Source: Gammaproteobacteria bacterium
GTDB lineage: Bacteria > Pseudomonadota > Gammaproteobacteria > Ga0077536
Assembly (NCBI GenBank): GCA_040220855.1
Contig: JAVJVZ010000063.1
Coordinates: 10-64,009, forward strand
DNA length: 64,000 nucleotides
Direction: 5' to 3'
The position numbers and the translations under genes were made by a program. Positions 20,024 through 29,991 of the stretch are shown piece after piece. Numbering within the stretch: the first letter of the stretch is position 1; every line of letters starts with the position of its first letter. The notes under the pieces are model-generated. The model had not been told where the DNA came from, did no database searches, and was given only the letters and a program-made list of their open reading frames with translations.

Positions 20024-21481
20024 GTGTCCCGCACGGCGCTGTTCTTTTCTTTTATTGACCGTTACTCAGGACTCATCGTGACGCTAGCAACCTCAATGGT
20101 GTTGGCGCGCCTCCTCACGCCGGAGGAGATTGGTGTGTTTTCAGTAACGATGGTGTTCCTCGGGATCGTCGCTACCGTTCGCGACGTCGGCGCCGGCCAG
20201 TACATCGTCCGCGAACCTAACCTCACCGAAGACGGCGTTCGAGCCACCCGGACGATTCAGGTCAGCATCGGCTTGGCGCTTGCCGTCCTGACATTCCTGA
20301 CAGCTCGGCCACTTGCAGCGTTCTACGAATCCGAAGAAATCACGGCGATTATGCATATCCTAGCCGCAAACTTCGCGGTTATACCCTTTGGTGCCGTGAT
20401 GGTTGCGGTCTGGACCAGGGAACTGCAGTTCCAGAAGATCGCAGCGATGCGATTCAGCGGCGCGATCGCCGGCTCTGCCACCGGCATTTCGCTGGCGTAT
20501 CTTGGCCACGGGGCAGTAAGCCTTGCTTGGTCGGCGCTGGCTACTCAGCTCACAGGAGTTGCGGTGGCTTCATTATTGTGGCAAGGGCGTTTCACCCTGA
20601 TGCCTGGTTTGCGAGAGATTGGCAAGGTCTTCGCTTTCGGCGGCAGAGTCACTGCTTATTCTGTTATCCGCAGTGTAATGGAGGGAATTCCGGAAATGTT
20701 CCTCGCACGTTTGCAGGGAATGACTGCGACCGGTTTGCTTAGCCGCGGCCACGGTCTTGTTCTTTTATTCGATCGCCTCGTGATGGACGCGGTTGGGTCT
20801 GTGGTGTTCCCGGTATTTTCGAAGACCATGCGGGAAGGTGGCGACCTTACCCAAACCTACATGCGTGTGCTCGCGATGGTAACCGTATTAGGCTGGAGTT
20901 TCTTTGCAATACTAGCCGTGTCCGCGTTTCCAGTAATCCGCATTCTGTTTGGCAATCAATGGGACGGGGCAGTCAGCATCACGCGGATACTCTGTTTAGC
21001 GTTCGCCATTCAGCTGCCGCTGCGGCTAACGGTGACGCTTCTCGTCACCAAGGGCGCTATCGGACTCGTCGTTCGCACTGCTCTCATCTCGCTGATCGTG
21101 ACCGCAGTGCTTTGTTTGATTGGCGCGTCGTACGGACTGCATGAATTAGGCTGGGGGCTGGTGATCGCAAATCTGGTCAACCTAGGACTATGGATGCATA
21201 CTGCCCACCGCGAAATCTGCTTCGCGCTCGCTCCGATGTTCAGGCTTACGACCGTGAGTTTGCTCATTGGTGCCGCCGCAGCAGCACCTTTCCTCGCGGT
21301 AGCTCAGCTGTTTCGCTTTGACGGGGATCTAGAGGATCTATTTCTCTTAATTCCCGCTGGCGTGATGGCGATGTTGTTGTTCATTATGCTCGCACGCCGA
21401 ACCCGGCACGCGATTAACAGTGAGATCGAGCATGCGGTCAATGCCGCTAGCGCGCTGGTGAAGCGTTCGATGAAGAGGTAA
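20024..21481 (+). CDS. wzx: Wzx-type oligosaccharide flippase
   Basis: VLARLLTPEEIG, many TM helices, ILFGNQW. GTG 20024 follows the FkbM stop. Confidence 0.9.
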   Translation: MSRTALFFSFIDRYSGLIVTLATSMVLARLLTPEEIGVFSVTMVFLGIVATVRDVGAGQYIVREPNLTEDGVRATRTIQVSIGLALAVLTFLTARPLAAFYESEEITAIMHILAANFAVIPFGAVMVAVWTRELQFQKIAAMRFSGAIAGSATGISLAYLGHGAVSLAWSALATQLTGVAVASLLWQGRFTLMPGLREIGKVFAFGGRVTAYSVIRSVMEGIPEMFLARLQGMTATGLLSRGHGLVLLFDRLVMDAVGSVVFPVFSKTMREGGDLTQTYMRVLAMVTVLGWSFFAILAVSAFPVIRILFGNQWDGAVSITRILCLAFAIQLPLRLTVTLLVTKGAIGLVVRTALISLIVTAVLCLIGASYGLHELGWGLVIANLVNLGLWMHTAHREICFALAPMFRLTTVSLLIGAAAAAPFLAVAQLFRFDGDLEDLFLLIPAGVMAMLLFIMLARRTRHAINSEIEHAVNAASALVKRSMKR

Positions 21482-21635
21482 TAGGGTCTGCTTTGCTGCA
21501 CCTGCGTGTTACGCTTTATGAATGGCGCTCCTTCGTGTCCCGCTTGTTTCCTTCGCAACCACCTTATCCTACTCAGGGCAAACAAACCGCAACGGACCAG
21601 ATAGAATCCGATCCTGAAGAAACGTGATATTGAAA

Positions 21636-22836
21636 TGTAGAAGTTCAGACCCGATCTGACAGTTCCCAGTTTTGAAGAGTTGTCTGTCAGCCGGAGTCTA
21701 AGCCAGCTTCTTCTCCTTCCAGATGGCCTTGCCATCAATCAGCGTCTGCATCGGTAAGCATCCACAGCACATCTTGCCTCGATGCGTACGCTCAGTATTG
21801 TATTCCTCGACCCAGGCATCAAGGTCGTGTTGCAGCGATTCGATGTCTGCGTAGACCTCCTTGCGGAACGTCACTTGGTAGAGCTCCTGCAACAGCGTCT
21901 TATGGAAGCGCTCGCAGATACCGTTCGTCTGCGGTGACTTCGCCTCGGTCTTCGTATGGTCGATGTCGTTGACCGCCAGGTACAGCTCATAGTCGTGTTG
22001 CTCGACGCGGCCGCAGTACTTGGTACTGCGGTCCGTCAGAATGCGCAGCAGTGGCAGCTCGTGCGCTTCGAACAACGGGAGAACCCGGTCGTTGAGCAGA
22101 TCGGCCGCGGTGATGGGCGTCTTGGTCGTATATAGCTTCGCCGCCGCCACCTTGCTGTAGGTGTCAACGAAGGTCTGCTGGTAGATACGACCAACGCCCT
22201 TCAGTGTGCCAACGTAGAACGTGTCCTGAGAGCCGAGATAGCCCGGGTGGGCCGTCTCAATCTCGCCGGCCGCTTCGTCGTCGTAGCGCCTTTTCTCCAA
22301 TGCCGCGACCTGCGCTTCGGTCAGAATGAGGCCCTCGGCGGCCACCTTCTCCTTCAGCGCCCGTAAGCGGTCGCGGAAGCAGTCCAGGTTGTTCCTCATC
22401 CAGGCCCCGCGGACACCGGTCGGGGAGACGAAAATCCCGCGCTTACGCAGCTCGTTGCTCGCCCGCACCTGGCCATGGGCCGGCTGCTCGAGCGCGTAGG
22501 TGATGACCGCTTCCTCGACCGCCGAATCGATACGATTCTTCGGATTCGGTTGACGCCGATTCGAATCGACCAACGCCTCGACACCACCTTCGTCTACCGC
22601 CGCTTTGCAGCGATAGAATGTATCCCGCGACAGGCCCATGACCTTGCAGGCCCGGGACACATTGCCCAGCCCTTCTGCCAGATTGAGCAAGCCGACCTTG
22701 TGCTTAATGACTTTCTCGCTAATATTCAACATGAGGGTTACCTCTCTATGGTTTTGATGTGGCTTGGTAACTCCATCAAAATCGGGAACCCTCGCTTTCT
22801 TCAAGCACGGCGTCAGATCAGGTCGAGACTTCTACA
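21636..22836 (-). mobile_element. IS481-family insertion sequence
   Basis: 25-bp inverted repeats TGTAGAAGTTCAGACCCGATCTGAC / TGTAGAAGTCTCGACCTGATCTGAC (4 mismatches), TGT...ACA ends. Flanks ATTGAAA / ATCGAAA look like an eroded target duplication. Confidence 0.93.
21698..22732 (-). CDS. IS481-family transposase
   Basis: KHKVGLLNLAE..NVSRACK HTH; GSQDTF, ILTDR, SPQTNGICERF. Confidence 0.95.
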   Translation of the reverse strand: MLNISEKVIKHKVGLLNLAEGLGNVSRACKVMGLSRDTFYRCKAAVDEGGVEALVDSNRRQPNPKNRIDSAVEEAVITYALEQPAHGQVRASNELRKRGIFVSPTGVRGAWMRNNLDCFRDRLRALKEKVAAEGLILTEAQVAALEKRRYDDEAAGEIETAHPGYLGSQDTFYVGTLKGVGRIYQQTFVDTYSKVAAAKLYTTKTPITAADLLNDRVLPLFEAHELPLLRILTDRSTKYCGRVEQHDYELYLAVNDIDHTKTEAKSPQTNGICERFHKTLLQELYQVTFRKEVYADIESLQHDLDAWVEEYNTERTHRGKMCCGCLPMQTLIDGKAIWKEKKLA

Positions 22837-23737
22837 ATCGAAAGTTTAAATCAGCGACCAACTTCTGCGCTAACCTCGCATACAGTCCCCCCTCGAATCG
22901 CGCATGTCCGTAGAAATGGATGAGCTTGCAGCGCTCTGGTTCCACCTTATCGGACATGAAGGGATAGCTCTCCACGGGAAGTACTACCGGTTCTTCGGAA
23001 TTGGCTATGAAGAAATTCGAGGTCAGCTGTTCGCTGCCCCACTCTGCCCACTTTTTTGCCCCGACAAGGCCTGACATCGTCTGACTGAAGTCACTAACGG
23101 CCTCCAGCCGCGCCGCCGTCTTGGCGAAGCCGGCGAACCCCGCGCAGCCGCGCACGTAGCGATGTGCTTCCTTGTCCGGATAGCGGGCAAAAGCGGCCTC
23201 ACCCAAAACCTGGACATGCTGACTGTCGAGCGAACTCGCGTACTCGCTTGCCGACTCCAAGCTGACGAGCTCGCGTCCGCGGTAGGTTCCGAGGGTGAAA
23301 CTGCGATTCGTCGCGAGACAGTCGAGCACTTCATCCGGTCGGCATAACGTCAACGTATCGGAGTCCAGCTGGATGACGTAGTCGTACTCGTTCAGCGAGG
23401 AAATGGCACACAGTCGTTCCCAGCACCCACCGGAAGGGCAACTACCACGTTCCACCTCACTAACACTGAGGAAACGTACACGATCAACGTTTCGTGATAT
23501 CAAAGCCCGGTCAGCTGCTGACAAACCGTCATCGACCAGCACGTACTCACGCGGTATCACAAAGCGGGCGAACGACTTCAACGCGACCATGTACATTGTC
23601 AGATGCGGTGCATGCAGCTGGCTTAAGACGACAAAATCGGCTTCCGGATTGCACGGCGCCGGTGGGGTCTCAAAGATCCCCCTCACGCGCATATCAAAGT
23701 AGCGCTTGTGCAGCTTGGCTCGAATGGAATCTAACAC
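22832..23737 (-). CDS. EPS-locus hypothetical protein, probable GT-A-fold glycosyltransferase
   Basis: VLVDDG, IQLDSDTL (DxD), SEQ, LIHFYG. GTG 23737 follows AGGAG. The stop codon lies in the IS481 end. Confidence 0.65.
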   Translation of the reverse strand: MLDSIRAKLHKRYFDMRVRGIFETPPAPCNPEADFVVLSQLHAPHLTMYMVALKSFARFVIPREYVLVDDGLSAADRALISRNVDRVRFLSVSEVERGSCPSGGCWERLCAISSLNEYDYVIQLDSDTLTLCRPDEVLDCLATNRSFTLGTYRGRELVSLESASEYASSLDSQHVQVLGEAAFARYPDKEAHRYVRGCAGFAGFAKTAARLEAVSDFSQTMSGLVGAKKWAEWGSEQLTSNFFIANSEEPVVLPVESYPFMSDKVEPERCKLIHFYGHARFEGGLYARLAQKLVADLNFRL

Positions 23738-24293
23738 TGCAACTCCTATAGGGGCCTCCAGGTGGCCCAACAATAAAAACCCTAGGGACTTTACCAGGAA
23801 GGGCTCCTGGCCCACTATGCGCTGCTGTAGATCCATCGACAAGCTGGCAAAAACATGAAGCCTCAGGTACCGTCCACCCTGAATTTCGGCGCGGTCATTA
23901 TCGAGAGCCGGATTGCGTAGCAACCTCGTTTGCCGGGATGCGGGCTGGCGGACTCACTGCGAGACACTCAAGGTTGCTCTGGCCTCTTACAGTAATGGCC
24001 TCTTCCCGCAGTTTCCACGCTGAGCTTTTGCCGCTCAGATCGGTGACAGTCACGCTACCTCCGTGACGGCCGTAGGCACTTGGGCAATGGTAGCGTCGTC
24101 GGCGCCGAGGACATCAAGACCCTTCAGACCATGCAATATCTCTGGACCCGATCAAGTACTGAAAGACAGGTGTAACAACAAACTTCACGCCCTCCCTGAT
24201 GCGCAATTCTGTCGTCGTGGAATGATCGCGAACGACATGCTGCCGAAATGTCGCGATTTCTGACGGCGCACCAACAATAAGAAAGCTCGCACG

Positions 24294-25148
24294 CTAAGTC
24301 GTTTCATCTACCAGGTTGCGCAACCAGGCGAGCGTGGCGTCCTCGACCTGCGCGCGCCAGGCGGCGCTCGAGAAGGTGTGGTTGGCCTCCGCCAGCGCGA
24401 CGGTCTGCACGCAGTCGCGTGCCGCTGCGACCTGCCACGCGCGACTCTGTGCGGCGAGCGCGCGAAATTCTGCAGCGGTCAGGTCGTCACCGCTGAGGAG
24501 CAGCAGCGACGGTCCGGTGAAGCGTTGCCAGCCCTCCAGCATGCGTACGATGAATTGCTGGGCGCCTTGCCCGGACACGGGGCGGCCGCGACCCATCGCG
24601 CGCCCGAGGTACCCGGCGAGGCTTTCGAACGAGTCGCGCCAGTCGACATCGAAGCGCGCCAGCTTGTGCCAGAAATCGCGGCTGCCAAGCCGTCCCCAGT
24701 AGTAGGTCTGCAGACGCGCACGTGCCTCTGTGTGCGGCGAGTGCACCCAGGGGTTGGCCAGCGCAAGCGCGCTCACACGGGCATCACGGTGCGCGTACAT
24801 CATCGCCGCCGACGCGGCATCGCACAGTCCCCACAGTACGACCCGCGTCACCCCGGTCCGCTCAACGAGCTCATCCACGGCGACGCGAACATCCTCGTCG
24901 ACGGCTTCGAAGTCGCGCGCCGTTCCGCCACTGTCACCGATCCCGCGGTAATCGAAGCGGAACACGGGGTAGCCTGCCGCCGCGAGACGGCGTGCCAGCA
25001 GCACGAACTGGCGGTGGCTGCCCACGCGGGTCTGCGGCCCACCGACGATGATAACCACGCCAAGGTCGGCAGCGGCCTGCGCGGTATGCAGGATGCCGAT
25101 CGCCGTGTCTTCCCCAATCGGGAATGCGAAGGCCGCTTCTTCAGGCAT
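24294..25148 (-). CDS. Hydrolase 1, exosortase A system-associated (alpha/beta fold)
   Basis: VGGPQTRVGSHRQF, FDYRGIGDS, WGLCDAAS, NPWV, ANHTFS. Confidence 0.92.
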   Translation of the reverse strand: MPEEAAFAFPIGEDTAIGILHTAQAAADLGVVIIVGGPQTRVGSHRQFVLLARRLAAAGYPVFRFDYRGIGDSGGTARDFEAVDEDVRVAVDELVERTGVTRVVLWGLCDAASAAMMYAHRDARVSALALANPWVHSPHTEARARLQTYYWGRLGSRDFWHKLARFDVDWRDSFESLAGYLGRAMGRGRPVSGQGAQQFIVRMLEGWQRFTGPSLLLLSGDDLTAAEFRALAAQSRAWQVAAARDCVQTVALAEANHTFSSAAWRAQVEDATLAWLRNLVDETT

Positions 25149-25161
25149 CACACTCACCGCG

Positions 25162-25971
25162 TCAATCTTCCAGCAGCGCGGTGCACGTCGCCGCGGTGAC
25201 TGCTCCGGGTGCGGCAATCTCCTGGCTGGTCCAAAATTGCTCGGCGGAAACGACCCGCGTCTCGACCACGGCGCCGCAGGACGTCGCCGCTGCCGCGAAG
25301 CGAGAGAAAGGCGGCGTCGGCGTCGCGTCACCACCCGTGCGGACCTCGAGCAGCGTGGTCCGCGCCGCGGCCGCCAACGTCGCCGGGTCGAGGCGGGCTG
25401 CCGCAAATCCCTCGCTCAGCGCCGGCCCAAGCGGATAACCAGCGATTTCGACCGACCGGCCCGCTGTCAACTCGCTCTTCATCCACGCAATGGACTCATC
25501 GCGGCCGGCGAACTTCGCCGCCATCACGCGCAGGCGCATGAATTGCTGCAGCAGGCGCTCGCCGTCGAAGACCGGCTGCCAGGCGACCACGCGCGCATTG
25601 GCGACCAGTCCCGACACGTGGAGGAACAGCGCACCGCTACGGATCGCGAGCAGTGCCGGAGCACCCGCCCCTGCTGCACCGTGAAACTGGCGAGCAAGCG
25701 TGGCAACCTCCTCGCACCAATCGGGCCACGTCACCTCGCCAAAGCTGCCCGCGCTATCACCGGTTCCGGACAGGTCGGGCACCAGCACTTCACACCCCTG
25801 CAGGGTAAGCGTTCGTGCCGTCTCGGCAAGCAGGCGCCGACTCTTGTTCATTTCCTCGGCGAAGGGCGGCAACACCAGCACGCTCAGCCGAGGAGGACAC
25901 GTGGGGCGGAAGTGGAGCGTGAACAGGCGCCTGCCTGCTACCTCCCGGAAGGCGGGTTCCATCACCACCAT
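25162..25971 (-). CDS. Hydrolase 2, exosortase A system-associated
   Basis: PPFAEEMNKSRR, DLSGTGDSAG, WQPV..G, EIAGY, FW. Confidence 0.92.
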   Translation of the reverse strand: MVVMEPAFREVAGRRLFTLHFRPTCPPRLSVLVLPPFAEEMNKSRRLLAETARTLTLQGCEVLVPDLSGTGDSAGSFGEVTWPDWCEEVATLARQFHGAAGAGAPALLAIRSGALFLHVSGLVANARVVAWQPVFDGERLLQQFMRLRVMAAKFAGRDESIAWMKSELTAGRSVEIAGYPLGPALSEGFAAARLDPATLAAAARTTLLEVRTGGDATPTPPFSRFAAAATSCGAVVETRVVSAEQFWTSQEIAAPGAVTAATCTALLED

Positions 25972-26021
25972 GATCTGGTCGTCAACGGTTGCGGGTCGCT
26001 GCCGTCGGGATCCTGCCGTCG

Positions 26022-26273
26022 TCAGTCGCCGACCTTGTGCGCGACAAATGCACTGAGCGACCCAACGGTCTCGAACACCGAGGCATCGACCTCATCGTCC
26101 TCGATGACGATGCCGTAGTGATCCTCCAGCGCCGTCAATACCGAAACCACGGCCATGGAGTCGAACTCGGGCAACTCCCCGAGCAGCGCCGTATTCTCGG
26201 TCAACGTGGTCTGAGCCGGATCGAGGCCGAGGACATCAGAAAGAATTCGACAAACGTCTTCGTTCATGGTCAT
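26022..26273 (-). CDS. Acyl carrier protein
   Basis: LPEFDSMAVV phosphopantetheine Ser motif; FETVGSL. Confidence 0.93.
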   Translation of the reverse strand: MTMNEDVCRILSDVLGLDPAQTTLTENTALLGELPEFDSMAVVSVLTALEDHYGIVIEDDEVDASVFETVGSLSAFVAHKVGD

Positions 26274-26308
26274 GACTGGTAAGCTTAAGAGAAACCTGTG
26301 GGCTGCGG

Positions 26309-27562
26309 TCAGCGGCGATCACGGCGCGCCACGTCCTCGACGAGCGCGATGAAGCGCTCGGCCTGGGCGCCGCGAGAACAGGAAGCCGCAAAAGCCGGGT
26401 TCCCATACGCTCGATCACGATCGGGTGCGATCTGCGCAATCGCCTCGCGGAGCACGCCGGCAATCGCCACCGCGTCATCCAGCGGCGCGATCCATTCTAC
26501 ACCGCCAGCGCGCAGGACACCGGCCGTGTCGCCGTCCGGATCGGTGAAGCCGAGGATAGGCCGCCCAGTCCGAAAATACTCGTAGGCCTTGGCCGGAATC
26601 TGGAAATTGCAGCCGGCCGACTGGAACAACAGCAGGCCGTCGGCACGGCTCATCTCGACCAGCGCCTCACGGTAGCCCACGGGCGGATCGAGAGATATGA
26701 CGGCGGACAACCCGAGTTCTTCGATGAGCGGCCGATACAGCGCATCGTGCCCGGTCGCGCGCAGTGAGAACACCACCTGTCCGGGTGTCACGATGCCCTC
26801 GTCGATCAGCCTCCGCACAGCGGCGAAGAAGCTGCGGGGATCCCGTTCCTCCGGATAGAGCACGCCCGCATGCACGAAACGCAACGGCCCGCTGCGCCGA
26901 TAGCCGTCGCCGACCTCCCCAAGCGCCTCGTCGAACAGGATCTCGTCGTAGCCGTTCTCGATGACGTGGGCACGGTCCTGCAGCGCATCACCGAAGGTCT
27001 CGCGGTAAAAGGCTAATGCACCGGGAGCGGTGAAGAGCAAGCGAGAGGCGTGCTTGACGGCGCGTTCTTCGATCCAGCGAAAGGCTCGCCATTTGCGCGG
27101 CTCGTTCGGATAACCATCTTGCGCCATAGGATCGCGGAAATCTGCGATCCACGGGATGCCCGTTAAACGATGCAGGAAAAAGCCGATGACGTGAGCGGTC
27201 GCTATAGGATAGGTAGAGAATATAACATCTGGCCGCGATCTGACGACGCGCCAAAATCCGAGCATAGCGCCAGATATGCTCCAGGATGACCAAGGATCCG
27301 GGATCGCCAGACTCCTGAGATACCTTCCGCGCCAGGAGAGCGCTCGTGTAGTGTCGACCGCAGGCGCGCGCTCTACGCGCGTGCCTGCAGGAATCATTTG
27401 CGAGTTAGTCTCGCGGTAGTCCGGAAGAGCGTTTCTGGTAACGGTAAGCACCGTGACCTCGTGCCCTTGACGCCTCAGCTGACGAACGAAACTCAGGGTC
27501 CTATGCACTCCGCTACTTTGTTGAATCGGAGGAAAGTGAAACGCAATCACGAGCACGTACAT
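26309..27562 (-). CDS. GT4 glycosyltransferase
   Basis: IAFHFPP..SSGV, PWIADFRDP, IENGYD, IPAKAYEY. Confidence 0.92.
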   Translation of the reverse strand: MYVLVIAFHFPPIQQSSGVHRTLSFVRQLRRQGHEVTVLTVTRNALPDYRETNSQMIPAGTRVERAPAVDTTRALSWRGRYLRSLAIPDPWSSWSISGAMLGFWRVVRSRPDVIFSTYPIATAHVIGFFLHRLTGIPWIADFRDPMAQDGYPNEPRKWRAFRWIEERAVKHASRLLFTAPGALAFYRETFGDALQDRAHVIENGYDEILFDEALGEVGDGYRRSGPLRFVHAGVLYPEERDPRSFFAAVRRLIDEGIVTPGQVVFSLRATGHDALYRPLIEELGLSAVISLDPPVGYREALVEMSRADGLLLFQSAGCNFQIPAKAYEYFRTGRPILGFTDPDGDTAGVLRAGGVEWIAPLDDAVAIAGVLREAIAQIAPDRDRAYGNPAFAASCSRGAQAERFIALVEDVARRDRR

Positions 27563-27612
27563 GGGGTTATCCTGGCTTATGCTTAACCGTCCAACCGGAT
27601 AAGCATCTCGAC

Positions 27613-29991
27613 TTAGTCTCCGAAGCGTTCCGGCGAAGCCCATCGCTGAAGTAGCCTTTTTCCCTTGATCAACGGCGTCATCCAATGTCTCGGATCGAGC
27701 GCTTCCACTCCCCAGATGATATCCCTCGTGTCCGCCCAGTACTGCTTATAGCCGTCGTCCCCGGTGAGGAAGTCGATGCACGAAACGCGATCTTCATCGA
27801 TAAAATGCCGAATGAGCCACCCCATTAACACTGAGCCCACGGAATGTTTCTTGAACTCACGGTCGTAAGCCAGCTTGAACAAGCATGCCGATAGACTTTC
27901 GATCAGCCATATCTGAGCTGCGACGGGCTTGCCGTTCAGAAACAACAGTCCGAGCCTCAATTTACCCTCGCGCGCCCAAGTTGTGCAGATATCCCGAATG
28001 AAATTGGGGAAGGGTTCCCTCGTCTTCCAGCTTCGTTGATATACCGCGTCGTATGCGTCTAACGCTCCTTGGAGATCGCTCGTATCCGTCACAAGTCGAT
28101 ACTCGACATCGAACATAGCAGTCAGGCGCTTAGCTTTACGAATCAGAAGGTTACGCAAGAATCCCGGCCGCCCTTCAAGATAATCAGTGAAATGCCCGGG
28201 AACCACATTGCTGCGCCAGTTCGCATAACACTTGTATGCCCGAGCTGAGTAGCCTGCGCCTCTGAACGCTACGACCAACTGCTCAATTATCACCGGATCT
28301 GTTCCGACCGCAGCCAATTCAATCTTGGGAAACGGACTGCGTTGGGCTATCAAGTAGCGAGGAATGCACTTCAGGAGTTCGTCTAGTTCTCCTTCATCAA
28401 TGTCAATGTCGGCCAAATACGAGTACGAAGCGGCATAGAAGTTGGCGAGGTTTTTCAGTTTCCACGCGCCGAATAAGCCACTCCTCTGAATCATCAGAGG
28501 CATCACCACCCTGTTTCCGCTCGGTCCCCTGGAAATCAGATAAATCGGATCGTCGTTTGCTCGTAGGAGGTGCTTTTCTACCGACGAGAACCAAGCTTTG
28601 CTCGAGAACGCAGCGACGCTCCGCGCCCCCCCCGGCGCCGATAAAGTGCTCGTTGGTATATCCGCAATGGACTTCTCAATTAATATCTCTGAATCTGCTC
28701 CGGGTCCTATCAACGTTGCCGCATCGCCTTGAGAAAAGTGCGGGATAACCATGGAGGGGTATCTCCACAAAAAACGCAAGCGGGTGCGGAAAGCGCTCCC
28801 AATGCGATACAGGAGTCTAAAGAGCGCAATGCCAAATGGGAGAAGGTCATCATTGTGGAGATACGGAAACGTAACTGAACGCCCATGGAAACTAAAGCTG
28901 CCAACTTGCCAAGCCTGTTGCAAATAGAGCAAAGGCTCACGCTCCGTATCCAGCCATACAGCTTCCCGGCTCGGTCGAATTACTTCGTCGCCTGTGCCCA
29001 TGGTTTGTTGCGTAAACTCGATCAGGGGCAGTCGAACGCCGCCCGCAACGCATAGATCAACCCAGTAGTCAGATCGGCCCACTGTCGGCTCTATGACCCA
29101 CAAAGTTCCGTCGCAAGCCATCTTTACTTCAAGCGATACAGGACCACTCAAGTTCAACCCATTAAAGAATCTAAGCGTCTGCTCCCGCACTTCGGGTTCC
29201 CACACGACTTCCGCTGCAGTCGTCTGCCCCATGGCGCGCGGTAGCGATGCAAGCTTTCTGCCGACAACATCGGCAACAACCCGTCCATGATCTAAGTACA
29301 TCGCACAGAAATAGAGGGCCGTATCGCCTCCTCCGATCCATCTCTGAAGCAACAATGGAAACGCGTCGGGAAATCGGCGCGCAACGTTCAAGCACTCCTG
29401 CACACTTTCTACGCGCAGCGCCTTGAAAGCCGACAGCGGCCTTACCGGCTTGATAATGGCTGGGTAAAAATCACCTTGCAGTGAGGATTCGTAAATGTCG
29501 CTTTGGGTAGCCAGCGTCACGGACTCAGGGTAGGGCAGCCCCGCAGCTCGACATCGAGCTTCAATGTTGTCTTTCGATAGGAGAGGTATAATCCGGTCAC
29601 GACAACCGCTCCAGCTAAGACGATAGCTTCTCTCTAATTGTGGCCAGTTCTCCGCGAAGAGCCGAACCATATTGTCGTTTGTCGGGAACAAGATGGGCCG
29701 CTCTGCCCAATTCTGAGATTCCTTGAGGTCTACCAGCTCTGCTATCACGGATTGGGCGTTGATATTCTCCGATGCACGCACTTCAGCAAGCCGGGTTCGA
29801 AATCCAGGCAGGCGCGGATTGCTTTCCAATGCGATGACTCGGATTCCAGCTCGTGCGAGATCCCGCACAACCGCCAGACCATGTGCGCACAGTCCGACAA
29901 CGATTGCCGGAGGTGCCGACCTTCCCGGCAACTCCAGCATCGTTGGTAGGCTGGGCTCGCCCTTACTGATTCTAGATTTATCGTCCGGCAT
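27613..29991 (-). CDS. ATP-grasp ligase fused to a GNAT (CelD/BcsL/FemAB-like) domain
   Basis: N-terminal half PILFPTND, PAIIKP, LLLQRWI, SLEVK, IEPTVGR. C-terminal half PVAAQIW, FKLAYD, SVGSVL, IDFLTGDDGYK. Start inferred at MPDDK. Confidence 0.85.
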   Translation of the reverse strand: MPDDKSRISKGEPSLPTMLELPGRSAPPAIVVGLCAHGLAVVRDLARAGIRVIALESNPRLPGFRTRLAEVRASENINAQSVIAELVDLKESQNWAERPILFPTNDNMVRLFAENWPQLERSYRLSWSGCRDRIIPLLSKDNIEARCRAAGLPYPESVTLATQSDIYESSLQGDFYPAIIKPVRPLSAFKALRVESVQECLNVARRFPDAFPLLLQRWIGGGDTALYFCAMYLDHGRVVADVVGRKLASLPRAMGQTTAAEVVWEPEVREQTLRFFNGLNLSGPVSLEVKMACDGTLWVIEPTVGRSDYWVDLCVAGGVRLPLIEFTQQTMGTGDEVIRPSREAVWLDTEREPLLYLQQAWQVGSFSFHGRSVTFPYLHNDDLLPFGIALFRLLYRIGSAFRTRLRFLWRYPSMVIPHFSQGDAATLIGPGADSEILIEKSIADIPTSTLSAPGGARSVAAFSSKAWFSSVEKHLLRANDDPIYLISRGPSGNRVVMPLMIQRSGLFGAWKLKNLANFYAASYSYLADIDIDEGELDELLKCIPRYLIAQRSPFPKIELAAVGTDPVIIEQLVVAFRGAGYSARAYKCYANWRSNVVPGHFTDYLEGRPGFLRNLLIRKAKRLTAMFDVEYRLVTDTSDLQGALDAYDAVYQRSWKTREPFPNFIRDICTTWAREGKLRLGLLFLNGKPVAAQIWLIESLSACLFKLAYDREFKKHSVGSVLMGWLIRHFIDEDRVSCIDFLTGDDGYKQYWADTRDIIWGVEALDPRHWMTPLIKGKRLLQRWASPERFGD

